Below are positions 1 to 9,250 of a stretch of DNA of 64,000 nucleotides, piece after piece. Both the position numbers and the translations under genes were made by a program. Under the pieces are notes generated by a model. It had not been told where the DNA came from. It did not search any database and worked only from the letters and a program-made list of their open reading frames with translations. Where the stretch lies: positions 1 to 64,000 of the forward strand of contig CAWJGT010000013.1 of the NCBI GenBank assembly GCA_963842525.1, read 5' to 3'. This DNA comes from an uncultured Holophagales bacterium. Its GTDB lineage: Bacteria > Acidobacteriota > Thermoanaerobaculia > Multivoradales > UBA5704. The first letter of the stretch is position 1, and each line of letters begins with the position of its first letter.

Positions 1-2
1 GG

Positions 3-488
3 CTGATCAACAACGCCGGCATCCGCCGTGAGGCGTTGCTGGCGATGACTCCCGATGAGCTCTGGGACGAGGTCGTGGACACCAACCTCGGCGGGCTCTT
101 CCGCTGCTGCCGGGCGGTGCTGCGCGGCATGATCGTCCGGCGTCGCGGCGTGATCGTCAATATCGCTTCCCTGTCGGCGCTCCACGGCGTGGCCGGCCAG
201 GCCGCCTATGCAGCCTCCAAGGCGGGCATCCTGGGGCTCACCCGCTCGCTCGCCCGCGAGGTGGGCAAACGCGGCGTGCGGGTCAACGCCGTGGTCCCGG
301 GCTTCGTCCCGACCGACCTCACGGCGGGTGTCGCGCCGGACGCCGTAGATCGGCTCCGCGCCGGCGAATGCCTGCCCGGAGGGGTCACGCCCGAGTCGGT
401 CGCCGGCGCCGTGCTGTTCCTGCTCTCCGACCGCGCCGCCGCCATCACCGGCCAGACCCTGGTGGTGGACGCCGGGGCATCGGCGTGA
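3..488 (+). CDS. fabG: 3-oxoacyl-ACP reductase (SDR), 5' end outside window
   Basis: NNAG motif (LINNAGI from nt 3), catalytic YAASK, VNAVVPG, ITGQTLVVD C-terminus. Confidence 0.85.
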   Translation: MINNAGIRREALLAMTPDELWDEVVDTNLGGLFRCCRAVLRGMIVRRRGVIVNIASLSALHGVAGQAAYAASKAGILGLTRSLAREVGKRGVRVNAVVPGFVPTDLTAGVAPDAVDRLRAGECLPGGVTPESVAGAVLFLLSDRAAAITGQTLVVDAGASA

Positions 489-489
489 G

Positions 490-647
490 GCCCCTCACCC
501 CCCTGACCCCCCTCTCCCAACCGCCCTCCCAGCCTCCGGGAGAGGGGGGAAGCAGACCCTCTGTCGGAGAAGCGCTCGCGGGGAGACTTCGCTCCCCTCT
601 CCCGGCGGTCGGGGAGGGCGGTTGGGAGAGGGGCCGGGGGTGAGGGG
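490..647. repeat. REP-like palindromic intergenic element (CCCCTCACCCC...GGGGTGAGGGG family)
   Basis: Nested inverted repeats cccctctcccaaccgccctccc / gggagggcggttgggagagggg; related elements at 46783-46941 and 17752-17783. Confidence 0.7.
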
Positions 648-3144
648 TCTCGCCCCCCGCCTCGCCGCGCTCGTGATCCGGCGTCCGCGCCTGGTCCTGG
701 CTGTGTCCGTGGCGCTCACGCTCGCGGCGCTCGTCCCCGCGTCCCGCTTCCGCATCGAGACCGACCTGGCCGCCCTGTTGCCGGACGGCTCTCCGGCGGC
801 GGACGACTACCGCCTGTTCCTGCGCACCTTCGGTGGCTTCGAGAAGGTCTTTGTGATCGTGCAGTCGCCGGGGACCCATCTGGACGACCCGGGGCCGCTG
901 GTGGACGCGGCCGAGCGGCTCGCCGGGCTCATGGCCCGGAGCCCCGACGTGGCCGAAGCCCGCTCGGGGATCACCGAGGAGGATGAGCGTTTCTTCCTGC
1001 GCTCCATCGCTCCCCGCATGCCTCTGCTGCTCGGCGACGGCTGGCGGGCCGACCTGGAGCCGCGCCTCACGCCCGAGGCGATCGAGCGCCGGGTCGCCTC
1101 CATGCGGCAGACCCTGCGCAGCCCGGGAGGCGGCGTGGCGGCCCCGTTCTTCGCCGCCGACCCGCTCGGGCTGTCCGAGGGGCTCCTCGGCGCCGCGTCC
1201 GGCGCGCTCCCTGTCGACCCGCTGACCGGCGCCTTCCTGTCGCGCCAGGGGGATACGGCCCTGGTGATCCTCACGCCGGCGCGGGCGGAGATCGATCCGG
1301 AGGGAGGGCGGGCACTGCTCGCGGACCTGGAGAAGGCCTATGCCGCGGTGCGGACGAGGTCGGAGATCCCTCTCGACTTCCAGGCCGTGGGCGGCCCCAT
1401 CTATGCCGCGCAGGACGAGTCGATCCTGCGCACCGACCTCACCCGCACAGCGACCAGCTCGGCGGTGGGCGTGGCGCTCCTGCTCCTTCTCGGCTTCGGC
1501 GGCGGGTTCATCCCCCTGGTGATCCTGGCCGCGGTGGCGGCGGGCCTGGTCTGGACCGCGGCGGCCACGGCCCTGGGTCTCGGCAGCATCTCGGTCGTCG
1601 GGGTCGGCTTCGCCGCGGCCCTGGTCGGGATGGGGGTCGAGTACGGCATCCACGCCGGCGCGCGATACCGCCAGCTCCGTTTGGAAGGCATGGCCGCGGG
1701 TGAGGCGCTTCTCGGCACCTTCCGCGATCCGGGTCCCGGGATCGTCTCGTCGGCCCTGACCACAGCCGCGGGGCTCGGCGCCCTGATCTTTGCCCACTTC
1801 CGGCCGTTGCGCGAGCTGGGCCAGGTGCTCACCCTCGGCGTGCTGGTGACCCTGGTCACCACCGCGACCCTCGGCGCCGCCCTGCTGCTCGCCTTTCCCC
1901 ATTTCCCGCGCACCCTCCGGCAGCCCCGTCTCTGGCAGAGCTTCGGCTTCCCGGCCTTGCGGGGCTCCGTGGAGCTTGCGGCCAAGCGCCCGATGGTGGT
2001 GCTGGCCGGCGCGGCGCTTCTCTCCGCACTTTCGATCTGGGGGCTCGGCCGGCTCGGCCTCAATACCGACCTGCGTTCCCTGCGCCCGGCGGATCACCCC
2101 TCGACCCGGGCCGAGCGGCTGCTGGTCGAGAAATTCGGCCTGGGGCTCGACACCTTCACCGTGGTGGCCCGCGGCCGGGACCTCGGCGAGGCGCTCGACG
2201 AGGCGGCGCGTGCCGTGCCGGTCCTCGAAGCCAGCCTCGGACCGCAGGCCGAGATCACCACGCCGACCGCCTGGCTGGTCCAGGGAGAACGCCGTGAACG
2301 ACGGCTGCGCGAGCTGCGGCAGCTCCCGCTGGAGCGTACGGCGGCCGACCTCGAACGGGAGCTGAAAGAGGGGGGCTTCAGGATCGATCCGTTCCTGCCC
2401 GCCCTGGAGACCTTGCGTGCCCTCGGACGCGGCGAGGACCCGGGCGTGCCGCTGCCCACCGAGTGGCCGCGCTGGATGTCCGAGCTGGTGCGCACGGGAG
2501 GGGACGGAGCAGCGGTGGCGGTCCACGTGCGGGTTCCCCTCGGACAGACTTCGCAGACCTCGCCCGAGGAGCTGGCGCAGGCTCTCGAGCAGGTCTCGCC
2601 GCGCCTGGCCCTCGCCTCCGTGCCGCGCCTCGGGGCGGAGCTGCGCGGCCTCGCGCTCGGCGACCTGGCGCGGTCGAGCGGCGTCGCCTTCGTCCTGGTC
2701 GCCCTGGTGGTCCTCGTCTCGTTCCGCGGCAAGGTGCGGGACTCGCTCCTGTCGGGCGTCCCCCTGGTCCTCGGCTGCCTCTGGACGTTCGGCCTCTGGG
2801 GAGCGTGCGGCGGGCGGGTCGATATCCTGGCGATCTCGACCCTGCCGGTCCTCTTCGGCACCGGGATCGATCTCGGCGTGCATGCGGTCCACGGCGGACG
2901 ATTGCGGCCGGAGGAGGGGATCCGCGGCACCGTCCTTGAATCCGGCCTCGCCATGCTCCTGATCACGCTGACGACCGGCGTTGGCTTCGGCAGCCTCGGC
3001 GGCTCGCGGGTCCCCGGGCTCCAGAACGCCGGGACGCTGGTGGCCGCCGGCGTCGCCGCCTGCCTGCTCGCCACCTTCCTGGTGCTCCCGGCGCTGGAGG
3101 CATTGTTTCGCAGGCCCCGATCGAGAGAAAATAGGGCGAAATAA
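640..3144 (+). CDS. MMPL/RND-family lipid exporter
   Basis: Two repeats of 1 TM + periplasmic loop + 5 TM; IETDLAALLP, GMGVEYGIH and GTGIDLGVH motifs; GTG start at 640 inferred. Confidence 0.85.
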   Translation: MRGLAPRLAALVIRRPRLVLAVSVALTLAALVPASRFRIETDLAALLPDGSPAADDYRLFLRTFGGFEKVFVIVQSPGTHLDDPGPLVDAAERLAGLMARSPDVAEARSGITEEDERFFLRSIAPRMPLLLGDGWRADLEPRLTPEAIERRVASMRQTLRSPGGGVAAPFFAADPLGLSEGLLGAASGALPVDPLTGAFLSRQGDTALVILTPARAEIDPEGGRALLADLEKAYAAVRTRSEIPLDFQAVGGPIYAAQDESILRTDLTRTATSSAVGVALLLLLGFGGGFIPLVILAAVAAGLVWTAAATALGLGSISVVGVGFAAALVGMGVEYGIHAGARYRQLRLEGMAAGEALLGTFRDPGPGIVSSALTTAAGLGALIFAHFRPLRELGQVLTLGVLVTLVTTATLGAALLLAFPHFPRTLRQPRLWQSFGFPALRGSVELAAKRPMVVLAGAALLSALSIWGLGRLGLNTDLRSLRPADHPSTRAERLLVEKFGLGLDTFTVVARGRDLGEALDEAARAVPVLEASLGPQAEITTPTAWLVQGERRERRLRELRQLPLERTAADLERELKEGGFRIDPFLPALETLRALGRGEDPGVPLPTEWPRWMSELVRTGGDGAAVAVHVRVPLGQTSQTSPEELAQALEQVSPRLALASVPRLGAELRGLALGDLARSSGVAFVLVALVVLVSFRGKVRDSLLSGVPLVLGCLWTFGLWGACGGRVDILAISTLPVLFGTGIDLGVHAVHGGRLRPEEGIRGTVLESGLAMLLITLTTGVGFGSLGGSRVPGLQNAGTLVAAGVAACLLATFLVLPALEALFRRPRSRENRAK

Positions 3145-3157
3145 GCGCGAGACCGTT

Positions 3158-4118
3158 ATGGAAGTCCTTGCACCGCGCGCGAGCGCTGCCCAACTCCCGC
3201 CCCACGCCCCCGAGGCCGGCTGGATCCGCCGGCTGCTGGGGCCGTTCTACGTCACGGGTGTCTTCTGGTTCCGCATCCACCGCTTCGGAGTGCGCATCCT
3301 CCCCTCCTGGGCGATGGGGCCGATCCTCGTGCTCTTCACCAGCTTCTTCTTCGTCGCGCTGCGTAACATCCGCGCGGCCCTGGCGGCGAACCTGGAGGCG
3401 GTGCTCGGCCCCTGCGGCTGGTGGCAGCGGCAGGTCCGCATCTTCCGCTCCATGCGGACCTTCGCCTGGTGCCTTTCGGAGCGCTACGAGCGCCTGAGCA
3501 CCCGCCGGCGCTTCCTGGTGAGCGCCGAGGGGCTGGAGAGCTGGCAGACGCTGATCTCTTCAGGTCGGGGTTTCCTTCTGGTGACCGCGCACCTCGGCGC
3601 CTGGGAGATGGGCTCGCTGCTCCCCGCCCACCAGGAGCAGCGGAAGATCCATGTGGTGCGCGAGGCCGAGACCGATCCGCGGGCCCAGCGCTTCATCGCG
3701 GACCTGATCCGGGGCGCGGCGGGCGAGCTCTATACGACCCATTTCGCGGAGGACCCCTGTCTCGGCATGGACCTCCTGGACGCGCTGCGCCAAGGGGAGA
3801 TCGTCGCGCTCCAGGGGGACCGCCCGCGCGCCGGCGGCCGCACGGCGGAGGTATCCCTCTTCGGCCGATCTTTTGGCATGCCGATCGGTCCGGCCGCACT
3901 GGCCCGCGCCGCCGGGGTCCCGCTCCTCCCGGTCTTCGTCTTCCGCGAGGGGCGCCTGCGCTACCGCTGCTCGATCTGTCCGCCGATCGAGGTGCCCCAC
4001 ACCGCCGACCGCTGCGCCGACGTGGGGCAGGCCGTCCAGCGCTTCGCCGCGGAGCTGGAGGCGGCCATCGCCCACCGGCCGCTATCAGTGGTTCTGTTTC
4101 CGGAAGCTGTGGGGGTAG
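3158..4118 (+). CDS. Lipid A/LPLAT-family lysophospholipid acyltransferase (1-bp frameshift near 4082)
   Basis: TAHLGAWE (HxxxxE/D), ALQGDR, PLLPVF; the family-typical end YQWFCF is in the adjacent frame ending at 4118. Confidence 0.8.
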
Positions 4119-4175
4119 GGGCATAGCCTGCCCTGGAGCTGATCGACCGCGCGACCTTCAAAGCCATCGAGCGGC

Positions 4176-4430
4176 CTGATCGAGCGCCGGGATACGCATC
4201 TCGACTCGCTGATCGACCGCCTGCGCGAACCGCGGGTACGGCGCATCCTCGAGCCGATCCTCGCCGGCGAGGGCCTCAAGCAACTCACGGCATACCTGGC
4301 TCATCTGGGCCTCGACTCCGGCACCCTGATCCTCTTCGACGGCCGGCCTGCCGCCCAGCCCATCCCGGAGCGTTGTACGCGGACCGAAGTCGAGCACGAG
4401 GGCCGCAGGATTACCGTCCTGCGGCTGTAG
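4176..4430 (+). pseudogene. Internally deleted remnant of an ATP-binding/PD-(D/E)XK-type protein
   Basis: Start-less frame LIERRDTHLDSLIDRLREPRVRRILEPILAG joined directly to EGLKQLTAYLAHLGLDSGTLILFD...ITVLRL*; family assignment from motif recollection. Confidence 0.5.
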
Positions 4431-4526
4431 GTGTAGGAGCCTGCGACCCGCCACGAACGCACCCTGGTACACGACAGGGGGTCCCGAAGCATCCGCTTCG
4501 GTCTCGGCGCTGAAGATTTGGGTAGA

Positions 4527-4628
4527 CGCTAACGGTTCGCGCATCACCTGCAGAACCGCGCGTTCCGAAGCCGCTCAACGTTCTACCACGGGCGGCGCGG
4601 TTCTGTCAGGTGCATGCGCATGTTAGCC
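4527..4628 (-). other. Integron attC recombination site (102 bp)
   Basis: Minus strand GGCTAAC ATGCGCATGCACCTG...CAGGTGATGCGCGAACC GTTAGCG: imperfect palindrome with AAC/GTT ends, 12 bp after the stop codon of the ICMT gene. Confidence 0.8.
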
Positions 4629-4640
4629 GGCATGTCGCGA

Positions 4641-5222
4641 TCACCAAACGCCCGGAACAAGCCGCTTCGTTCGCGCCGTGTACTCCGCGTACTGGTCGCC
4701 GAACTGGTCGAGCATCATCTTCTCCTCCGCACGGACGCGGAACGCGAACAGGATGCCGAATGCGATCAAGTACAACGGACCTGCCACCCAATTGGGAATC
4801 ACGAGCGCTTGACCGATCGAGTAGAGCAGCAACGCCATGTACATCGGATGGCGGACTTTGCAATAGACGCCATCGGTGATCAGTCGATGCTGTTCTCGCA
4901 CCTCGAGGGTAACCGACCAGTTCGAACCCAGATCAGCGTGGGACCGGTGGAAAAACCAAAGACCAACCGCGAGGCAAGCGATCCCGGCAATGAGGGGGCT
5001 GGCCCGAAGTGGATACTCCGCGAACGAGAACGCTGGCGACGCGATCCAAATCAGAGGAACGAAGAACCCGAGCCAGGCAAGAGTCAGGAGGACCGTTTCC
5101 ATCGTCCCTTTGCGGCTCGTGACGACCTTGACACCTCGACTTCGGTGACCGTGCGGGGCGCGAATGGCAATCATCACCGCGCTGGCAATCAGAATCGTCG
5201 CCTTCGCAGTCCAGGGATTCAT
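4641..5222 (-). CDS. Isoprenylcysteine carboxyl methyltransferase (ICMT/PEMT) family protein, gene cassette
   Basis: LITDGVYCKVRHPMY, EEKMM..FGDQYAEY...TKRLVP; multiple TMs; bounded by attC sites. Confidence 0.88.
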   Translation of the reverse strand: MNPWTAKATILIASAVMIAIRAPHGHRSRGVKVVTSRKGTMETVLLTLAWLGFFVPLIWIASPAFSFAEYPLRASPLIAGIACLAVGLWFFHRSHADLGSNWSVTLEVREQHRLITDGVYCKVRHPMYMALLLYSIGQALVIPNWVAGPLYLIAFGILFAFRVRAEEKMMLDQFGDQYAEYTARTKRLVPGVW

Positions 5223-5284
5223 GGTCGGGCCCTCGTCCTCGAGATCATCGGTCGCTCACCTGTCCTCGGACGTTGATGTCCGGC

Positions 5285-6083
5285 GCCGAGTAGGCCAGGG
5301 GGTCTCACGACCCCCCCAGCCCCTCTAAGAACCGTACGTGCGAGTTTCCCCGCATATGGCTCAAGCACCTCAAAGGCCGATCTTACTCGACCCGGTTGCC
5401 TGTTACCTACTCCTGGGCAACATTTGCGATACTAACATGTAGTAGGCACCAGCTCTGGCCACAGCCAGAGGAGGGAGTGCACAGACGGGTGGTCGAACCA
5501 CCTCCATCTCCCATTTGCTTTCCCCGTTTAAGATGTTCTCCATACGCTCTCGCAAAGAGGCACCAGTCGGACGTCTGCTCACTTTCGTGCCGGGTGACGT
5601 TGCCCGTATCTGCCCCATTACAGGACGGCGTTCGCTTCTTCCGACCTCCCAAACCCGCATCTCCAACAGTTCCCCTTACGGTTCGCCTTCCCCCTGTGGG
5701 AGAGATACGGGGTTACCACGTTCCGCTTCTGAAGTCTTCGCGCTGTCGACCGGGAAGCACCGTTGACCACGAGGTGGCACCGTTAAATCCACCTCCGGCT
5801 TCCGCACCTTTTGGTCTGAGCTTGTCAGCCACTTTAGCTCGCCGCCATTGACGGTCGTTGCACAGGTTCACATGTGTTTACCATACCCGCTACCTAGCCA
5901 TCACCCGGCTTGTGGCTGCCAGGAGGACAGGTTCCTCACGGTTCCCATCCCGCATGCCTTCGCATGCTTCTGTACATTGTCAGGGCCGCTCTTTATTCAG
6001 GCCCTTAGGTTCACCCGGTGGTACGGGTGGTTCCGCCTCCAAGAGGGGAACAACTTCATATATAAAGCGACATCGTGTCGCAG
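5285..6083 (-). ncRNA. ORF-less group II intron (probably IIB type) inserted in an attC site
   Basis: Minus strand: 5' end CTGCGACACGATG; domain V GAGCCATATGCGGGGAAACTCGCACGTACGGTTC; domain VI hairpin ending CCTACTCGGC; EBS1-like loop at 5771-5795; no RT ORF. Confidence 0.88.
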
Positions 6084-6141
6084 TAACGGGCCTGATCTTC
6101 AGCGGCGGCGCCAGCCGTCCGCTGCAAGGCCCGTGTTAGGC
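6084..6141 (-). other. Integron attC site interrupted by the intron (remaining GCC at 5284-5282)
   Basis: Minus strand GCCTAACACGGGCCTTGCAGCGGACGG...CGCCGCTGAAGATCAGGCCCGTTA, then the intron; removing the intron restores GTTAGCC. Confidence 0.8.
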
Positions 6142-7304
6142 TTCCTGCTTCGCTGATTCCTTCTCTGTAGACGTACTAGTATGCCCCATTGACTGCTATT
6201 GAGAAGCTTACGTTCATCCACGATCCCATCGAGCACGCAACCAAGAAGCCCACCTATACTGCCCAAAGCCGCAGCCATATCTAAGGGGGCACCCGCCGCT
6301 AGGCTTATCGAGACAGAAAACGCTGCGGAGGCCAGTGAGGAGGAGCTACGGCCGATACTTTTCAGGGCTTCTAGCCTAGAGGCGACTAGACTTCGTCGCA
6401 GCTCATCAACGGCTGGATCAATTACCGAATCAGCGAGCGTTCGTAAAACGGCGTCCAACTCTCTTATGGGAGTAGCGGGGTCAACCTGAGAAGAGAGACT
6501 ACGAAGAGCCACTCTAAAGGATTCAAGCTCACTATACCGATCTTCGCGGATTCGAAGTAACTCCTCCAAAGGTAGGTCGTCAGCGCGCGGTAGGTATCTG
6601 GTCAATACCATGGCGGAAAGTCGACGCTCTATGTACTGATCATAATCATGAACCTCGGTTTCCAATTGCCGCGCTTCCTCGAACAGCATGCGAACTCTAA
6701 AGGTAGCGTCTTGAAACCTCGGAAGCCAGGAAAATGGAGCAACACTCTCCCGTTCGGCTACGATGGAGAGCATAAGGAGGTATTGAAAAAACAGGTAGTT
6801 TGCGAGCCGTTCCCGCCTCTCCAGAGGCCATGACAAAATGTTCTTGTTTCTCGCAGCTAAAAACTTAGTTACAGTAACCAGGTCTGAAAGACACGCAGCA
6901 GGCAGATCGTAAGCCCGATCAACAACCTTCATGACGTTCAGCCACCTACGTTCGTATCTATCATCGAGGTTTGAAATTAGATCTATCGAGGCTAGGTTCC
7001 ACGAATCAATCGCTTCCAAGTCCTTTCCCGCAGTCAACCTTAGAGGGATGGCCAGACCTTCGCGAACCAGAAGGTCGAGACTTGGGAAGCTTTCCTGAAG
7101 ACTTGTAAAATATCTTTTGAGCCGCTGAGCAAAGATTGGACTCTCTGTTCCGATCTCTTCAAAACTTCGTTGCTCTCGCTCTATAAATTGAGAGTCATGT
7201 ACCGCGAGGACGCGCACTCTGTCCGAATACAGAATTGCCGTCTGTAACGCAGCAAGGAAGCCCTCGCCGGCCTCAGGGTAGAGCAAGGTATCTTTACCTA
7301 TCAT
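6099..7304 (-). CDS. Hypothetical cassette protein (possibly DUF6236-like)
   Basis: 401-aa ORF, visibly more AT-rich than its flanks; N-terminal LLYP..AILYSDRV, LPLEELLRIRE motif, hydrophobic Gly/Ala C-terminal helices; reads into the attC. Confidence 0.7.
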   Translation of the reverse strand: MIGKDTLLYPEAGEGFLAALQTAILYSDRVRVLAVHDSQFIEREQRSFEEIGTESPIFAQRLKRYFTSLQESFPSLDLLVREGLAIPLRLTAGKDLEAIDSWNLASIDLISNLDDRYERRWLNVMKVVDRAYDLPAACLSDLVTVTKFLAARNKNILSWPLERRERLANYLFFQYLLMLSIVAERESVAPFSWLPRFQDATFRVRMLFEEARQLETEVHDYDQYIERRLSAMVLTRYLPRADDLPLEELLRIREDRYSELESFRVALRSLSSQVDPATPIRELDAVLRTLADSVIDPAVDELRRSLVASRLEALKSIGRSSSSLASAAFSVSISLAAGAPLDMAAALGSIGGLLGCVLDGIVDERKLLNSSQWGILVRLQRRNQRSRKPNTGLAADGWRRR

Positions 7305-7644
7305 CTCTCACCTGTACTCACTATGCCGCCAAACCTCTGTCTCACATATTCGCCGGCACTCTGCTCGCCGGCCAATACGACACAACCTGCGGGTTGACTC
7401 TACGGCCAGTCCCAGGGTGTTGAGTGTGCAAGGTGCTTATCCTCTTCGACTTAGCGGTACTCTACACCTCTTCCTAACCTGCGTCAAGACCACAAGCATT
7501 TGGAGAAGCATTCTGGCGGCCTTGTGCCGCGAAAGTCGGAGCTACGTCATGCTTGGCCAGCGAAGGCGGTTAAGAAGAGTGCATCTGACGGTTGTCGAGG
7601 GGCTCTTGCGACCCCCGGCCGCCCTCGCGTAGAGTCCGCTCATC

Positions 7645-8052
7645 ATGGCTCGGAACGACGACGGACTGGATCTGGTGCGCGCGCTGTTGAGCATGGCTCT
7701 GGTCGCACTGCCGCTTTCTCCCCGCCAGATCGAGGACGCGCTGCAGATTGGCCATGGGACGTTGCCGCGGCTTCTCGACGGCCGCATGGACCTGAAGCTC
7801 CGCCATCTGCTGCCGCTCTGCGCGGTTCTCGAGATCCACCCCGGCCATCTCCTCGAGCGAGGGCTCCCCAACTGGGAGGTGACCCGCCGCATCGACGACT
7901 GGCTGCCTCCTGATCGCCGCGAAGCGGCGGCCTCGCCCGTAGCACTTTCAGCCGAGGTCCTGCAAGAGATCCGCGCCGTGGTTCGCGAGGAAATCTCCCG
8001 CGCCGGCCTTGCATCCAGCGGAGAACGGCAAAAGACCGCGCGCAAGGGCTGA
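7645..8052 (+). CDS. XRE-like helix-turn-helix transcriptional regulator
   Basis: LSPRQIEDALQIGHGTLPRLLDGRMDLKLRHL pattern. Confidence 0.65.
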   Translation: MARNDDGLDLVRALLSMALVALPLSPRQIEDALQIGHGTLPRLLDGRMDLKLRHLLPLCAVLEIHPGHLLERGLPNWEVTRRIDDWLPPDRREAAASPVALSAEVLQEIRAVVREEISRAGLASSGERQKTARKG

Positions 8053-8089
8053 CGCCTCGGAATCACGGCGAACGGCCCGCAAAGAGTCC

Positions 8090-8491
8090 TCAAAAGTCGC
8101 GCGGTGGCCTTAAAAATCCGGCGGAGTCCCGAAATATCGGGCACAGTCCGGAAAAGTCGGACGTAGCCCTGAAATGTCCGGTGTAGTCCGGAAAAGTCGG
8201 TGGTAGTCCGGAAAAGTCCGGCGTTGTCCTGAAAAGTCGCGCGTAGCCCCGAAATGTCGGGCGTAGCCCGGGAATGTCGCGGTCCGCCGCCCAGCCGGAC
8301 CGCCAGAGAGATAGCTCCACGCCCTCGCGCAACGCGGGCAGGGCCTCGACCGGGAAGCCGCCGCCGGAGAGGGTGGCGGCCATCCGGATCTTCCGCTCGG
8401 CCTGGGAGAAGACCTCCCGCGCCTCGGCCAGCCGCCGGCTTCGCTCGGCGTCGGCTCCGGGCGCCGGGGCGCGCGAATCGAGCTCGCTCAC
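8090..8491 (-). CDS. Short ORF or gene remnant; ~65 plausible helical residues, then runs into the 20-bp array
   Basis: GTG start overlaps the stop of the upstream dehydratase; RRLAEAREVFSQAERKIRMAATL helix. Confidence 0.35.
   Translation of the reverse strand: MSELDSRAPAPGADAERSRRLAEAREVFSQAERKIRMAATLSGGGFPVEALPALREGVELSLWRSGWAADRDIPGLRPTFRGYARLFRTTPDFSGLPPTFPDYTGHFRATSDFSGLCPIFRDSAGFLRPPRDF
8091..8280. repeat. Tandem array of ~9.5 imperfect 20-bp units, consensus GAAAAGTCGG-NCGTAGTCCN
   Basis: Units start at 8091, 8111, 8131, 8151, 8171, 8191, 8211, 8231, 8251, 8271. Confidence 0.85.
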
Positions 8492-9216
8492 CCCGCCAGG
8501 TACGTGCTGATCGTGCCGCGCGCCAGCTCCTGCCCCCCCGCACCCTCGACGACCACCTCATAGACCGACAGCGGCGGTGCGCTGCCGGTGCGCCGGACGG
8601 CGAAGCGCAGGGGACGGTCCACGGGCAGCCAGGGCGCTGGGAACCGGGCGTCGCGGAGGCCGACCAGATAGCCGATCCGGGGGCCGGGCTGGTCGGTCCG
8701 GCTGAGGGCTTCCAGGACGGCCGCTCCCTGGGCCGCGGCTTCCAGGCCCAGGAAGGTGGGGGCGCGGCCCTCTTCCACGAAAGGGCTCGCGGACGGGATC
8801 TCGGCAATGCCGGCGAGGCTTTCCTCATCCCACTCCAGGATGCCTCGGACGAGCCGAGCCGGTGGGGTATGGGGGATCAGGGCTCCGAGCGGCGTCATCT
8901 CCGGAAGACCGGCGAGCGGGACCGGCTCATCCTCCTCCAAGGGACCAAGCCGGAGCGTGCCTTGGCTGACCCGGTCGGTTCCCCGCAGGAGATCGAACCG
9001 GACTGTGCCGTCCGCTGCCGGGCCGTCCAGGTTCAGGTCGAGGACATTTCCAGGCCGCACCGGGTTGCGCAGCCGCAGGCTGGCGATCTCGGCGATCCGG
9101 GCCTCCTTGCCCAGGGCTTGGCTGACCAGCGCCAGGTGGGCTACGCCCGGAAGGATCGGATGGCCGGGGAAGTGGCCGGCAAAGAAGGCGCTGCCTTGCG
9201 GGATCTCGATCCTCAT
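8488..9216 (-). CDS. Double hot-dog dehydratase (ApeI/ApeP-like fusion)
   Basis: FFAGHFPGHPILPGV (FabA/FabZ-like) plus a second domain LIPHTPP...EAAAQ...GYLVGLR. Confidence 0.8.
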   Translation of the reverse strand: MRIEIPQGSAFFAGHFPGHPILPGVAHLALVSQALGKEARIAEIASLRLRNPVRPGNVLDLNLDGPAADGTVRFDLLRGTDRVSQGTLRLGPLEEDEPVPLAGLPEMTPLGALIPHTPPARLVRGILEWDEESLAGIAEIPSASPFVEEGRAPTFLGLEAAAQGAAVLEALSRTDQPGPRIGYLVGLRDARFPAPWLPVDRPLRFAVRRTGSAPPLSVYEVVVEGAGGQELARGTISTYLAG

Positions 9217-9250
9217 CGCGGTCCTGCGCGCTGAGCGGCGGCGGCCCTCC

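Noticed and set aside
445-2892. Long antisense or overlapping ORFs (also 21935-23836, 25420-27414, 27440-29398, 31290-33125, 37931-39721, 58408-60621)
   Set aside because: Shadow ORFs of high-GC coding strands; Arg/Pro/Gly-rich with no motifs.
5396-6156. Short ORFs inside the intron as an intron-encoded protein
   Set aside because: No RT (YADD), maturase or endonuclease motifs in any listed frame.
8091-8280. 20-bp array as a CRISPR array
   Set aside because: No unique spacers, period far too short, no cas genes.
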